Below are positions 46,301 through 55,379 of a stretch of 64,000 bases of DNA, one piece after another. The notes below the pieces were generated by a model, which did no database searches, was not told where the DNA came from, and worked only from the letters and a program-made list of their open reading frames with translations. Location of the stretch: NCBI RefSeq assembly GCF_037042905.1, contig NC_087252.1, positions 11,038,001-11,102,000 of the forward strand. The letters are read 5' to 3'. A program made the translations under genes and the position numbers. The DNA is from Lytechinus pictus (Eukaryota). Numbering within the stretch: position 1 is the stretch's first letter; the number at the start of each line of letters is the position of its first letter.

Positions 46301-47978
46301 AATTTTAACATTGTAAAACATCATTTATGTATTTTTTAGTAAATGCTGCAATATTTAAACGCTATTGGGTTGAAAATTTTCATTCCGGACATTTTGCGGA
46401 AATTCCTGGATTTTTTTCTGTTTGTTCATTTTTACTTAATATAACATATAACAAATTTTCAGGTACCTTCTGTGAAATGAAAAAATTGTGCAATTTAGTT
46501 AATTACACATGTTCCCGAAATTTTGCGGGAAAATTGCCAGTATTTGAATCTTTTACCTGACTTTTTTTCAGTAAAAATCATCAAGAAAGAATTTTCAAGT
46601 AAATGTCAAAGTCATACACAATTAATAAATGGATATTGAAAATTTTTGACGGAAAATATTATTTGAAATGTTTAAAAATTTTCAGAAATTTGGCAAACAT
46701 TTACAAAAAAATATGGTTCTTTTATCAAATACATCACTCATGAGTTTTGAGGTGAATGCTGTGAAATTATAGCATTACGAAACTTCTCATTAAAATCTAT
46801 TGAAATGTAGCAGAAAATTTGAACAAAAATATTTAAGATATTTTAGCTTTTAAAAAGTATCACCTATGAATTTTCAAGTATTCTGTGAAATTAATACCCA
46901 CTGACATTGTGAAATGTCAGTGGGTGAAATTAAAAAAAAAATGCTCAAAGTACAAAGAATTTTTAACAAGAATTTGCATAAAAAACATCAAACTGTCGAT
47001 TAAAAATTAGCTGCTGTGAAAATTAAGGCGCCTTTCATTGCGCAATTTTGGAAAGCCAATTTCGGTAAAATCGTCTGAGATTTTTGGAGAGTTTTTAAGC
47101 CGGCATTTTACGTGCTCCTAACTTTATTTCGTATTTAACATATTGCATTATCACCACCATCATTATAATCATCACGATTGTCATCACTACATTTATAATC
47201 ACATTTAGCAATGGTCAAAATTTATTCCTTTGATGTCTATGATCAAGATTATCAATCATATCTGAATGATTCATTCCCGGGATTCATTTTATACAACATT
47301 AGCCGACAATGAATGAAAAATCATGACAGACCACCTAATTCGTCCGCATGACGAATTAAAATCTAGTTTTCTTCTTCTTATTCTCATGTGAAACAAAGTC
47401 TAATTCGTCCCTCAGCATGTGGAATTACCATTTTCAAAGATTAAATGGTTCAGTCAAGTTGGTCATTAATTCAGAATTCAGGATTGATAAGGTTGAACTA
47501 GATCTATAGACCTAATACAAAAAAAATATGTTACAATCATCAAACCTCACAGTATGATGTTGATCTTATGTTAGACAAGCCATTTAGAAATTAAAATGGA
47601 CATATTGACAAAAATATGTCTAGACTCTATTCTACTCTACTGCAAGCAACACACTCTTCCTTGTCTTTCTGTAGTTTGAATTAATGATACAGAAATAAGA
47701 ATCTTCTACTTCAATAAAAAAAAAAAAGAGAATAGGAATCCGGGATAATACGTGTACAACCCCCCCCCCCCCCCCATAATTATTATTTATATTCGCCATT
47801 CCAAGTCCAAATACATGTAACACTAACAGTAACACTGCGTTGAACTTGATCTGAAGAAACACTTTCCCAGAAAATATGATAAGTGGAACTGGAGTGGGAA
47901 ATGTAAATCGTGGTGAATTCAGCACTTACCTCCTAATTTAGCAAGAAATGCCGTAATCATAAATATCCTTATAATCAT
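18028..47978 (-). CDS. NCAM: NCAM/fasciclin-II-like cell adhesion molecule (SP-5xIg-2xFN3-TM-cytoplasmic tail), 17 exons, 2652 nt, 883 aa if the 18028-18091 exon is terminal
   Basis: All junctions are GT-AG and in frame. Ig5 (W.G..NLTC..FGYP...ITPEDEDFGAYFC) and the juxtamembrane DVCCYCINDCGLLMFICVTCCGK closely resemble NCAM (DITCYFLNKCGLFMCIAVNLCGK). Confidence 0.93.
18914..19136 (-). CDS. NCAM: NCAM-like exon 16, transmembrane helix and Cys-rich juxtamembrane segment
   Basis: Hydrophobic VIIIIVIVVLIFVFIIV followed by DVCCYCINDCGLLMFICVTCCGK; donor GTATGA, or read-through to TAG at 18892. Confidence 0.9.
19262..19598 (-). mobile_element. tRNA-derived SINE with CORE-like centre and L2-like tail; a 3' fragment of the family lies near 36255-36445
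   Basis: B-box-like TTTGAATCCC, CACTCTCCACCCAGGTG core, GCGCTATATAAA tail. Confidence 0.8.
19776..19983 (-). CDS. NCAM: NCAM-like exon 15, FN3-2 C-half (LSPLNQGQYYFIELTAESNLGFS)
   Basis: TTGCAG acceptor, GTACGT donor, phase 0 to 1. Confidence 0.88.
20315..20495. mobile_element. Palindromic MITE (GTTTCATAAAGCTGTTCGTAAGTTAAGAG family); other copies at 21640-21788 and 61643-61812
   Basis: Long TIRs, CWG duplication. Confidence 0.8.
20637..21460 (-). mobile_element. HINE/DINE-type element with internal tandem units of about 150 bp; an extra end fragment lies near 20030-20095
   Basis: Subterminal inverted repeats GTCTC(A/G)CCTGCA at both ends; four repeats of TTCATTGACC...TCCAAGTTTCATGAAC. Confidence 0.7.
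21856..21986 (-). CDS. NCAM: NCAM-like exon 14, FN3-2 N-half (LRWRPPYDDGGSKVNYYHVKY)
   Basis: W.PP.DDGG motif, GTCAGT donor. Confidence 0.93.
23415..23537 (-). CDS. NCAM: NCAM-like exon 13, FN3-1 C-half (LRGLRAQQTYEVRVAARNELGPG)
   Basis: FN3 L...T.Y.VRV.A.N..G.G motif, GTAAGT donor. Confidence 0.93.
23638..24399. mobile_element. piggyBac-like MITE
   Basis: TTAA|CCCTAA...TTAGGG|TTAA with subterminal G-run/C-run palindromes. Confidence 0.88.
24937..25092 (-). CDS. NCAM: NCAM-like exon 12, six-Cys insert inside FN3-1 (SVSDEMTCRR...SICLDRPLYEG)
   Basis: Open 156-nt phase 1-1 exon with TTTCCACAG acceptor and GTAAGT donor, GC-richer than the flanking intron. Confidence 0.75.
25150..25467. repeat. 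(CAT/CAC/ATT)n microsatellite
   Basis: Seen directly. Confidence 0.95.
26137..26304 (-). CDS. NCAM: NCAM-like exon 11, FN3-1 N-half (RPSAP...PPNDDGSLLITGYTIEY)
   Basis: FN3 P..DG..I.GY.IEY motif, phase 1-1. Confidence 0.92.
26726..27246. mobile_element. piggyBac-like MITE, internally deleted copy, inverted relative to 23638-24399
   Basis: TTAA|CCCTAAA start; shares GCGTAATTT.GGAAC.GC.TACCCGG with the other copies. Confidence 0.75.
27258..27420. repeat. (ATT/ACT/ATC)n microsatellite
   Basis: Seen directly. Confidence 0.9.
27601..27694 (-). CDS. NCAM: NCAM-like exon 10, Ig5 C-half (ITPEDEDFGAYFCNGSN)
   Basis: DFG.Y.C motif as in NCAM Ig5, GTAAGT donor. Confidence 0.92.
28096..29269. mobile_element. 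Kolobok-like deletion derivative (about 1.17 kb) with a residual coding fragment
   Basis: TTAA|AGGAAAATGAAA...TTTCATTCTCCT|TTAA; internal minus-strand MEGPRAYDFEPQYSAEE starting at 28613. Confidence 0.7.
29274..30001. mobile_element. piggyBac-like MITE inserted in the TTAA flanking the Kolobok-like element; inverted relative to 23638-24399
   Basis: TTAA|CCCTAA...TTAGGG|TTAA. Confidence 0.88.
30490..30683 (-). CDS. NCAM: NCAM-like exon 9, Ig5 N-half (YKPIID...NLTCVFFGYPLPTVKW)
   Basis: Similar to NCAM Ig5, phase 1 to 0. Confidence 0.92.
31105..31610 (-). mobile_element. Degraded L2-like LINE 3' fragment
   Basis: KLQNA..., SHIT.IL.SL.W.PI...I.FK motifs and L2-type tail. Confidence 0.8.
31759..31915 (-). 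CDS. NCAM: NCAM-like exon 8, Ig4 C-half (LTITNIQREHEGTWTCYAES)
   Basis: Ig F-strand motif, GTAAGT donor. Confidence 0.92.
32752..32956 (-). CDS. NCAM: NCAM-like exon 7, end of Ig3 and Ig4 N-half
   Basis: LNVLVPP linker, FEC, phase 2 to 0. Confidence 0.9.
33170..33452 (-). CDS. NCAM: NCAM-like exon 6, Ig3 (VTLVCVATGRPDPQVTW...IECAASN)
   Basis: Canonical I-set Ig motifs, phase 1 to 2. Confidence 0.93.
33482..34400. mobile_element. Tc1/mariner-like MITE
   Basis: TA|CAGTACATCCCAGAAAAAAGGAAACC ... GGTTTCCCTTTTTTGTGGGACGCACCA|TA. Confidence 0.7.
33607..33986. mobile_element. Kolobok-like MITE nested in a Tc1-like MITE
   Basis: TTAA|AGCTAAATG..AGTTGCAGTAA ... TTACCACAACTGGCATTCATCT|TTAA. Confidence 0.65.
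34629..34794. mobile_element. GC-rich MITE
   Basis: Perfect 14-bp TIR CAGGGGCCGCGGAA, GTACA duplication. Confidence 0.82.
34835..36186. mobile_element. Non-autonomous DNA element with CGTAGCCAGG-type termini
   Basis: ACGTAGCCAGG at left, CCTGGCTACGCGCCTG at right. Confidence 0.55.
36520..37186. mobile_element. MITE with about 45-bp TIRs and 8-bp TSD (AATAATAG)
   Basis: GGCCACT..CATTGAC.AGTGGATACCAT.CGCGACCA inverted at both ends; internal tandem duplication of about 100 bp. Confidence 0.8.
37222..37356 (-). CDS. NCAM: NCAM-like exon 5, Ig2 C-half (LTVKNVEVDDEGEYGC)
   Basis: D.G.Y.C motif, GTAAGA donor. Confidence 0.92.
38211..38360 (-). CDS. NCAM: NCAM-like exon 4, Ig2 N-half (NIEFP...IYCTARP...FWTK)
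   Basis: Ig Cys and Trp, CAG/GT junctions, phase 1-1. Confidence 0.9.
38768..38941 (-). CDS. NCAM: NCAM-like exon 3, Ig1 C-half (GRVYV...DAGLYSCQA)
   Basis: D.G.Y.C motif, CAG/GTGAGT junctions. Confidence 0.92.
39083..40226 (-). mobile_element. 5'-truncated L2/CR1-group LINE with frameshifted reverse transcriptase
   Basis: GVPQGSV, YADD, SRLDFGNSLL, LQKLQNSAAR, HITPVLK motifs; 3' end with (TAT)n tail. Confidence 0.9.
40321..40544. mobile_element. Tc1/mariner-like MITE
   Basis: TA|CAGTGGTGTTCAAAATTAGTGAACCCCACC ... GGTGGGGTTCACTA..TTCTGAGCACAACTG. Confidence 0.7.
40737..40874 (-). CDS. NCAM: NCAM-like exon 2, Ig1 N-half (SLIVTPRD...YKCENP...PRWED)
   Basis: CAG/GT junctions, Ig Cys and Trp, phase 1-1. 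Confidence 0.88.
43070..43550. repeat. (TAG)n microsatellite followed by (ACT)/(AAT)n
   Basis: Seen directly. Confidence 0.97.
44053..47366 (+). mobile_element. Non-autonomous Helentron/Helitron2-like (HINE/DINE-type) element with duplicated 5' end
   Basis: 5' TTAGGTGGTCTGTCAT plus adjacent inverted copy; 3' ATGACAGACCACCTAA, hairpin AATTCGTC-cgcat-GACGAATT, then CTAG|T; no TSD; splits a Kolobok-like MITE. Confidence 0.78.
45112..45205 (+). pseudogene. tRNA-like/SINE head followed by T21, embedded in the Helentron-like element
   Basis: A box TGGCCGACTGG (45118), B box GGTTCAAACC (45162); cloverleaf stems imperfect. Confidence 0.55.
47930..47978 (-). CDS. NCAM: NCAM-like exon 1, signal peptide MIIRIFMITAFLAKLG
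   Basis: Hydrophobic leader, donor GTAAGT, phase 1 joins exon 2. Confidence 0.8.
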
Positions 47979-48072
47979 CTTCACTTGTTTACATCTCATT
48001 TGATGAAAAGAATACGTTGAAACTGTCCAATAATCCCGGAAATATCCCCACTCTCTCGCCTCATCAGCCTGG

Positions 48073-48396
48073 CTATTCAACAGTACACACGTACGTGCAT
48101 AGCGCCAACTTAATGTGTTCCGCCATCTTGCTTGTTGGTTGCCGATAACATGCGCATTTTCAGATTTTTTAACGCTCAGTTATTATCCATGACTGAAACA
48201 TTGACCAATCAAAAACTAAGATTCTACAAGAAATATGAATATTCATATACGAAAGTATAAACATAGATAATTCAGTTTTATGTGAAATTTAAACCCAATA
48301 CTTCAAAATATGGTTAGTTTTATGTCTCTAAAATAACCCTTAAAACCAGAATTTTATTAGTAAAAAATAAAGGTTTTCCCAAGTTGCCATGGTAAC
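48073..48396 (-). promoter_or_regulatory. Putative NCAM-like promoter and 5' leader: YY1-type CAAGATGGCG (48121-48130), CCAAT (48205-48209), X-box GTTGCCATGGTAAC (48383-48396)
   Basis: Motif matches in a CpG-richer patch 100-420 bp upstream of the signal-peptide ATG. Confidence 0.5.
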
Positions 48397-50859
48397 GCGG
48401 TCTGAGATATAAAAGCTTAGCAAACACTTCATTTCAGTGATCGAGGATGTATTTGTTTACGGTTTACGTCTACATAAATTATAACATTTTTTTCCAGACC
48501 ATGGATGAACTTTCAAAAAGAGACATTTTAGGCAAGTTTTTACGATTTCCGGCAATTTTCTGACACAGGCACTTTGAAGAGGTAATTTTTACAGAATTAG
48601 AAGAAGACATCATGGATTTTCCTAATTATCACGACGGATATGCAACTTACTTGTAAACAAATCAAACAAAGTCTATGATACATTTTCGATAATGCAAAAA
48701 GAGACATTCAAGTCTCTGATTGAGAGCCGCAGATTGAACATTCGCACGGCGCAATGGTAGCGTTTTCGCCGAATTCGTCGGGGCGAAAACTCCAAGAGAG
48801 CCGTACCACTCACCAGTCCCGAACGCTGCGCTGTATGTTTGATGATTTATCTGGTGCCATTTCGTGCTTATAAATTTGTTTTTTCTACAATGCCACTATA
48901 TCATTAAAATTGTTTGTCATGATAACATTGGAAATATTATCGTTTAATGGCCCAAAGGATCGACTGTAATAAAAGATACTTTGAAATATTGTCAGAGAGT
49001 GATTAGTTAGGTGATGTTTATGGTCAGAATTTAGTCATGGCTTCGGGTGAACTTACGCGAACGCGGTCACTTGCTCACGGGGCGAGTCGGGCTGGCCCTT
49101 TGGTGGAAGGCCGTTAGGCAACGTGCAGTGCAGCTAGAGCAGAGTTGGGGAGTTATAGGTATAAAAATACTTTGAAATAAGTAATCTGCAAATATTTTTG
49201 TCTTATCCCTTTGGATTACTTAGATAAGAAATTCAAATTCTCAAAGTTTAAATCAAATTTTAGACAGTGACAACAAAGAGTGGTGCTGTATGGGGGGGGG
49301 GGGGGGGTGGGGTCTTGCATGCCCCCAATTCACGAACAAGAAAAAAAAGGAAAAGGTAAGAGAATCTTGCGAAATTGTTCAATTGGATTTTTGTAACCAA
49401 AAGTCAAAATTATGCTTATGTCGCTTGCTTGCAACTATATATTTTATAAATTTTGCCTGATACGCCATATCGTAGTCACGGTACCCTCAATTATTTTCAC
49501 TTGTTACGCCACTGACATGACTGATATAACATCTACTAGTTTATGATAACATTATTTGGTTGCGGGATCAAAGCATCAGCTATATAGCTAAACATATACT
49601 TTATGCCTGTTCAACTTCCAATACAGGTTTAGGCCTGTATTTATGAGATGTTAAGATCTATGGGTGCCTTTATTATTTTCATTTTCAATTAAAACAATTA
49701 TTAATTATGTATTAATTTAGTATTAACCTCGATGATACATTTTATTGTATTAAATCGTACAATTTCTGTTGTATTAAGCCCCTTATTAAGCCCTTTTAAA
49801 AACATGCTCAGTAGCAGACCCCCCCATATATAAAGACAATAGAAGTGTATATAGAATTAATTGAACCCCCCCCCTTATTGAGGACAAAATGAAAAAAAAA
49901 TACTCAAAATAATCGACCGCCCCCCCCCCCCTTTGACGAGGCAGCTGTCGGTGGCCTGATGTCTTCATTGACTTCTTTTTGCTTGTAAAAATAATAGTAA
50001 AGAAATAGGGGCTACTCTAAGTGTCCCCTGTGAAAATTGATTTGGATCTGCAAGTGCATGAGGCTGCGCCCCCTCCAACGTCATAGCTACCCCATATTTT
50101 TAGGTTCTAGCTCTCATATTTTTCAGCTCCCTGGTTTTTTGGAAGAAAAAAAAACGAGGCGAAAGAAAAGAGTGAAATAAATGAAATACGATTAATCAAA
50201 ATTTGAGTTGTTTGAAAAAATTATACTTATCAGAGAAACTAAATTAAATTCTACAACCATGAAGAATAACAGCAATCTTGATAAATTCTTTTTTTTTTTC
50301 AAAATCAGAACCAATCAACCTTTTTCTGATTATTCTGTCACTTTCCATATTTTGGAAAAAAAATAAAAGTGTTCATCGACGCCCTGTACTGCATGATGAA
50401 ACTGTATCCCCACTCGGCCCTCGTAACCCCCCCCCCCCCTCTCTCCCTCTCCCCCTCCCCCACCACAATGCCCCTTGCTCATTTCTCTTATCTCGATCAC
50501 CTTGACCTTAATTAATTAATCTTAACTATTTGGCGGTACAGTCAAACGTGACTGGTCGCCATCATAGTTTCATCCCCAACAAACAAGGAACAAACAATAA
50601 CAATTCTGTTTTTCGACCCAACATCATTCCTTTCAATACGCGTAAGGCTATACGTGGGCATGCACAAACAACGTGGGTTAACAAAAACTGACCCGCGTTT
50701 GGACTAAAATTGTGATTAAAATAAAAATGTTATAAATATGAAAAAAATATGTGTATAATGAAGGATATCTGATAAACGGAAAAACATCGATCGCTAATTC
50801 ATAAAAATGCTGGAAAAGATTTGACAGAGGTTTTTAACAACGGTAATCAAGGGGAATTA

Positions 50860-51082
50860 GTGTATGGGTGAATGGCGTTCGAGCGTTAGCCGGAGAGGGC
50901 GCGGGCCAAATCTGCCTGAATCTGGCAATATGGCGTCGTCCATTAAGCTGACGTTAGCCAGCGGCGACTGCACGTACGTGTACAGGCATCAACCGTTTCG
51001 CTCTTTCGTCATTGCGATATCACGGCACGGTAGTTCGGCAGCAAAACGGTTGTTTGTGATGGAGTCCCGTTCGCTCTACTAG
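50860..51082 (+). promoter_or_regulatory. CpG-rich promoter-like module, divergent from NCAM, with CAATATGGCG and a 50-aa short ORF (50930-51082)
   Basis: Local CpG enrichment, YY1-type motif, similarity to the NCAM leader; no downstream coding exons recognised in the window. Confidence 0.4.
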
Positions 51083-51662
51083 TCTAGTATCTATTGTTCA
51101 TGTGCAAAGGAATGTAACAATGGAGAAACAACTCGAAAGCTTTCCCCATGAATCATGCGACGATTATTTTAATCGGGGTGATACTGATATAACCTGTATT
51201 GTCTCCAAAGAAAAAAACAGCTGACAGGCCGGTAGAATATTATATGTTAATTCAGCAGCGATAGCATTTGGCTTTGGTGAAAACGTCGTACCAATGACAA
51301 TGTCAATTTTGGAGCAAAAGGCTAGCTGGATGCCCGGGCTGCGCTGGATGCCAGCTCCGATCTTATTGGTTAACGTCGAAATGAGACCGTTTTTCTACTA
51401 AAGGATCAGGAGGGGAAGGGAAAAAAGGTTATCTTCGGTCTTCAAAGGTCAATATATATACAATTAAGCATATTCCATCAAAAAGGACTTTCAAAAGCAG
51501 CTGCTAACATGATTGTTAACAGGAATCGGCAGTCTATCAGAATGGTATACTGCACCCCACCGCACCAGGAATTCGAAGAGGAAGGCACGGCTCCAATCCA
51601 GCTAACAGCATGCAGGAGGGCCGTGGGCGCGCGGCACCCTCCCCCACTTGGCAAAGGGGAAA

Positions 51663-54455
51663 TAGTCCAGGATAGAAGGGGTCGAACCTTGTTTTTTTAT
51701 ATATACAATGTTTTTTTATGGTTTCTTGTCAATTCGAGGGTGCTGATTCCGAATCTGAATGATGCCACTCGTGTAACCTTGAGCATTTTCTGCAAATTGG
51801 CAAAATCCAATATGGCCGCCAAAATATTCAAATTACCCATGAAAATCATAAAATTGTCCACACATTGGCTTTGTACATGCAATTGTGCTGCCGGAGTGAA
51901 ATAATATCTGAAAAAATGATTTTTGTCAAAATATTTATTTTCTTGATATCAAAATGGCCGCCATCATAGACCCTGTACAATATGAATGGGGAAAATTATT
52001 TTTTACAAAAATTGAGCACTGAAATGCAAGTAATTATGATCTATGAGTGAAGCAATGTCTGTAAACATGATTGCTAACGATATATATCATTTGTTATGTC
52101 AGTTATGTGATAAATCCTGTATTTTGATATTCAAAATGGCCTTCAAAAGCCCTATAACACTATTATGTACAATGTGAATGGTGACACAAAAAAATCACAA
52201 GAGTAAGCACTAAAATGCATTTTGTTGAGATAAACGAGTGGAATACTGACTAAAAACATTATTGTTAACGAACTTTATTATTTAAAATGCCATGTATGTG
52301 ATAAACCCTGTATTTTGATATTTAATATGACCGCCAAAGGCCCTAAAATTATGATCTACGATGTGAGATAGGACAAAAACAATCACAAGGTGAGCACTAA
52401 AACGTATTTTTTTGTGGTAAATTAGTGGAAAACTGTCTTCAAATATAATTTGCAACGAAACATATTATTCGGGTTTCATATTTGTGTTAAATATTGTATT
52501 TTGACTTTCAAAATGGCCGCCAAAAGACATTGACTGTATTATGTACAATCGATCTGGGAAACCAATTTTCACATTAGTCAGCACCGTAACATGCATATAA
52601 TTGTGATTTAAGAGTAAAATATTGTCTGAAAACATAATTCCTAACAAGATATACCATTCATTCTGCCAGGTAGGTGATAAATAATGTATTTTGAAAGTCA
52701 AACTGGCCGCTACAGGCCCTAACGGTAGGCCTATTATGTACTTTGTGAATGGGAACATATAATTTTAACAGAATTTGGCTTTGCGTGACTAAATGGTGTT
52801 GCATGTATGAGTGAAATATCGTCTGAAAATATGATTTTGTAACCAAATAGATCATTTCTTATGTTATTTAGGTGATAAATGCTATATTTAAATTTCAAAA
52901 TGGCTGCAATATGTTTCTTTGTGGAAATTATCTTTCCCCATTCAAATTTTACATATTAAAATAAGGGACTATGGCGGCCATGTTTCATTTTTAAAAGGCT
53001 GCATTTATCACCTTTATGACACAAGCTATGATATATTTCGTTAGAAATCATTGCCGGGTTTAGACAATACTTAACACTTACATCAAAATTAAGCCATTTT
53101 CATAGTAAAAATTTTGTCAAAATTATCTGTCCCCAGTTACAATGTACATACTACTTTGGGCTATGGCAGCAATTTTGAATTTCAAAGTAAGGCCTTTATT
53201 ACCTTCTCAACCATTATGTGATGTATTTAGTCAGAAATCATGTTCAAGACCAAATTTTACCTATACATCACATAGTTACGTGCGTTTTTGGTTCTCATTC
53301 TGGTGATGATTAGTTTCCCTATACGCATATTACAGAATTTGTAGGGGCTTGTGCGTCCGTTTTGAAAGTCAAAATACAGTATTTATCACCTATATGGGAG
53401 AGGAAATGTTATATTTCATTAAAAAATCACGTTTTCAAACAATATTTTCCTTATACAACAGAATTATATGGATTTCATAGTCAGGCAAATCCTAATTCTT
53501 TCAAAAGTATTTGTCCCCATTTACATTGTAGATAATACTGTAAGGGCCCATAGGGGCCATTTTGAATTTTACAATACAGCATTTATCTCATGCATGAAAA
53601 ATGAAATGATATGTTTCGCCAGAAATCATGTGTTTAGACAATATTTTACTCGTATAGATTACAATTACATTCATTTTATTGTTTTTACTCTTGTAAAAAT
53701 TTGTTTCTCCATTCGCTTTGTTCATAATACAGATAGGGCCTATGGCAGCCATTTTGAATGTCAACATGCAGCATAATTACCGAAATTGCAAGGGAAATTA
53801 TATGTTTCGTTAGAAATCCTTGTTGTCAGACAGTGTTACACCAATATTTCGCAGTTATTGGCATTTTAAAGTCAAACAAATTCAAAGGTTGTGAAAATTA
53901 TTTGTCCCCTTTTATATATTGTACACAGTATAAGGGGTCTATGACAGCCATTTTGAATATCATAATACAGCATTTATCACATTAGATAGTATACAAATGA
54001 CATAGTTTTGTTAATAGTCATGTTTTCAGACAGTAGTCCACTCGCATATGCAGGTCACAATAACATGCAATAATAGTGCTCTTGTTTGAACAAATATTTT
54101 CCCCATTCATATTCTACATAATAAAGTATACAGGGGTTATGGCGGCCATTTTGAATATCAATAAAATAAATATTTTGTCAAATATCGCTTTTCCAATTGG
54201 TATTTCACTTCTGCACAACAACTACATGCATTTTATAGCTAATGTGTTGGCAAATTTATGATTTTCATGGGTAATTTGCTTATTTTGGCGGCCATATTGG
54301 ATTTTGCCAATTTGCGGAAAATGCTCAAGGTTACAAGAGTGGCATCATTCAGATTCGGAATCAGCACCCTCGAATTGACAAGAAACCATCAAAAAACATT
54401 GTATATCTAAAAAAACAAGGTTCGACCCCTTGTCTATGGGGCCTATCCTGGACTA
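51663..54455. mobile_element. Foldback non-autonomous Academ-like transposon (2.8 kb)
   Basis: TAGTCCAGGATAG...CTATCCTGGACTA termini, about 200-bp near-perfect TIRs, AAA duplication, mirrored arrays of ~185-bp units. Confidence 0.82.
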
Positions 54456-54774
54456 AAAAGGCAATCTAAAATGACTAACTCTCAGTGCTCTAGAAATGGA
54501 ATGCATTATTGAAGTGAATTAATTGAATTTATTACCAAATATTACTGTCAGGTACCATTAGGCCTACATATGGAACTGAGTACATCACATAACTTATAAT
54601 TGGAACATAATAGCAAGATCGAGGTTAGCCCCAATAGTTTAAACAATAATTTTAACCAAATCTCAATATTGTACATCAAACTCAGTACTTATTCTATATA
54701 GTTAGTATACTGATGCAGACAATTGCGATCATTTTAAGTGAACATATATTTACACTATAAAAAAAATATCTTAA

Positions 54775-55338
54775 AGGTCAAGTCAACCTCAGAAAAATGT
54801 TGATATGAATAAATGAAAAAAATCAAACTAGCATAACGCTGAAATTTCAGCAAAATCGGATGTAAAATAAGAAAGTTATTAAAGTTTTGCCAATTTTTCA
54901 CAAAAGAGTGCACAATTCACTGATTGACATGCACCGATCAGTCGATGATGTCCTTCACTCACTATTTCTTTTTTTTTTTTATAAATTTTTCCAACACAAT
55001 ATTCCATATTTTACATGACAATAAGGACCAACTTGACTAAACCATATTGTATTAAACAATGCTAATTTCACATGTTCAGGGATGAATTAATCGTTAATGA
55101 TTCACTTGACAATGATCAAGGAGAAAATTTGAATATCTAAAGTACAAAAAATAGAGAGTGGATGACGTCATCAGTCTCCTCATTTTCATACCGACCAGGA
55201 TGTGCATAAAACTGTTTTGTGAAATTAAGCAAAACTTATTTTACATCCGCTTTTGATGAAATTTTCAGTCTTTATGCTTCTTGGATTTTTTTTCTCTTTT
55301 TAGTCCAAATCAATTTTTTGTTGGGTTGGAATTGTCCT
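54775..55338. mobile_element. Kolobok-like MITE; same family as 62072-62659 but in opposite orientation
   Basis: TTAA|AGGTCAAGTC...ATTGTCCT|TTAA, long imperfect TIRs. Confidence 0.85.
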
Positions 55339-55379
55339 TTAATTATTCACGAAAATCTTTATACAGAACTATTTGTTTT

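Noticed and set aside
51090..51160. THAP-like CAKECNN...SFP fragment
   Set aside because: Needs a frameshift and lacks the downstream W and CxxHF motifs
51509..51904. 131-aa ORF downstream of the divergent promoter-like module
   Set aside because: Runs across a MITE fragment and the TIR of the foldback element; no protein motif
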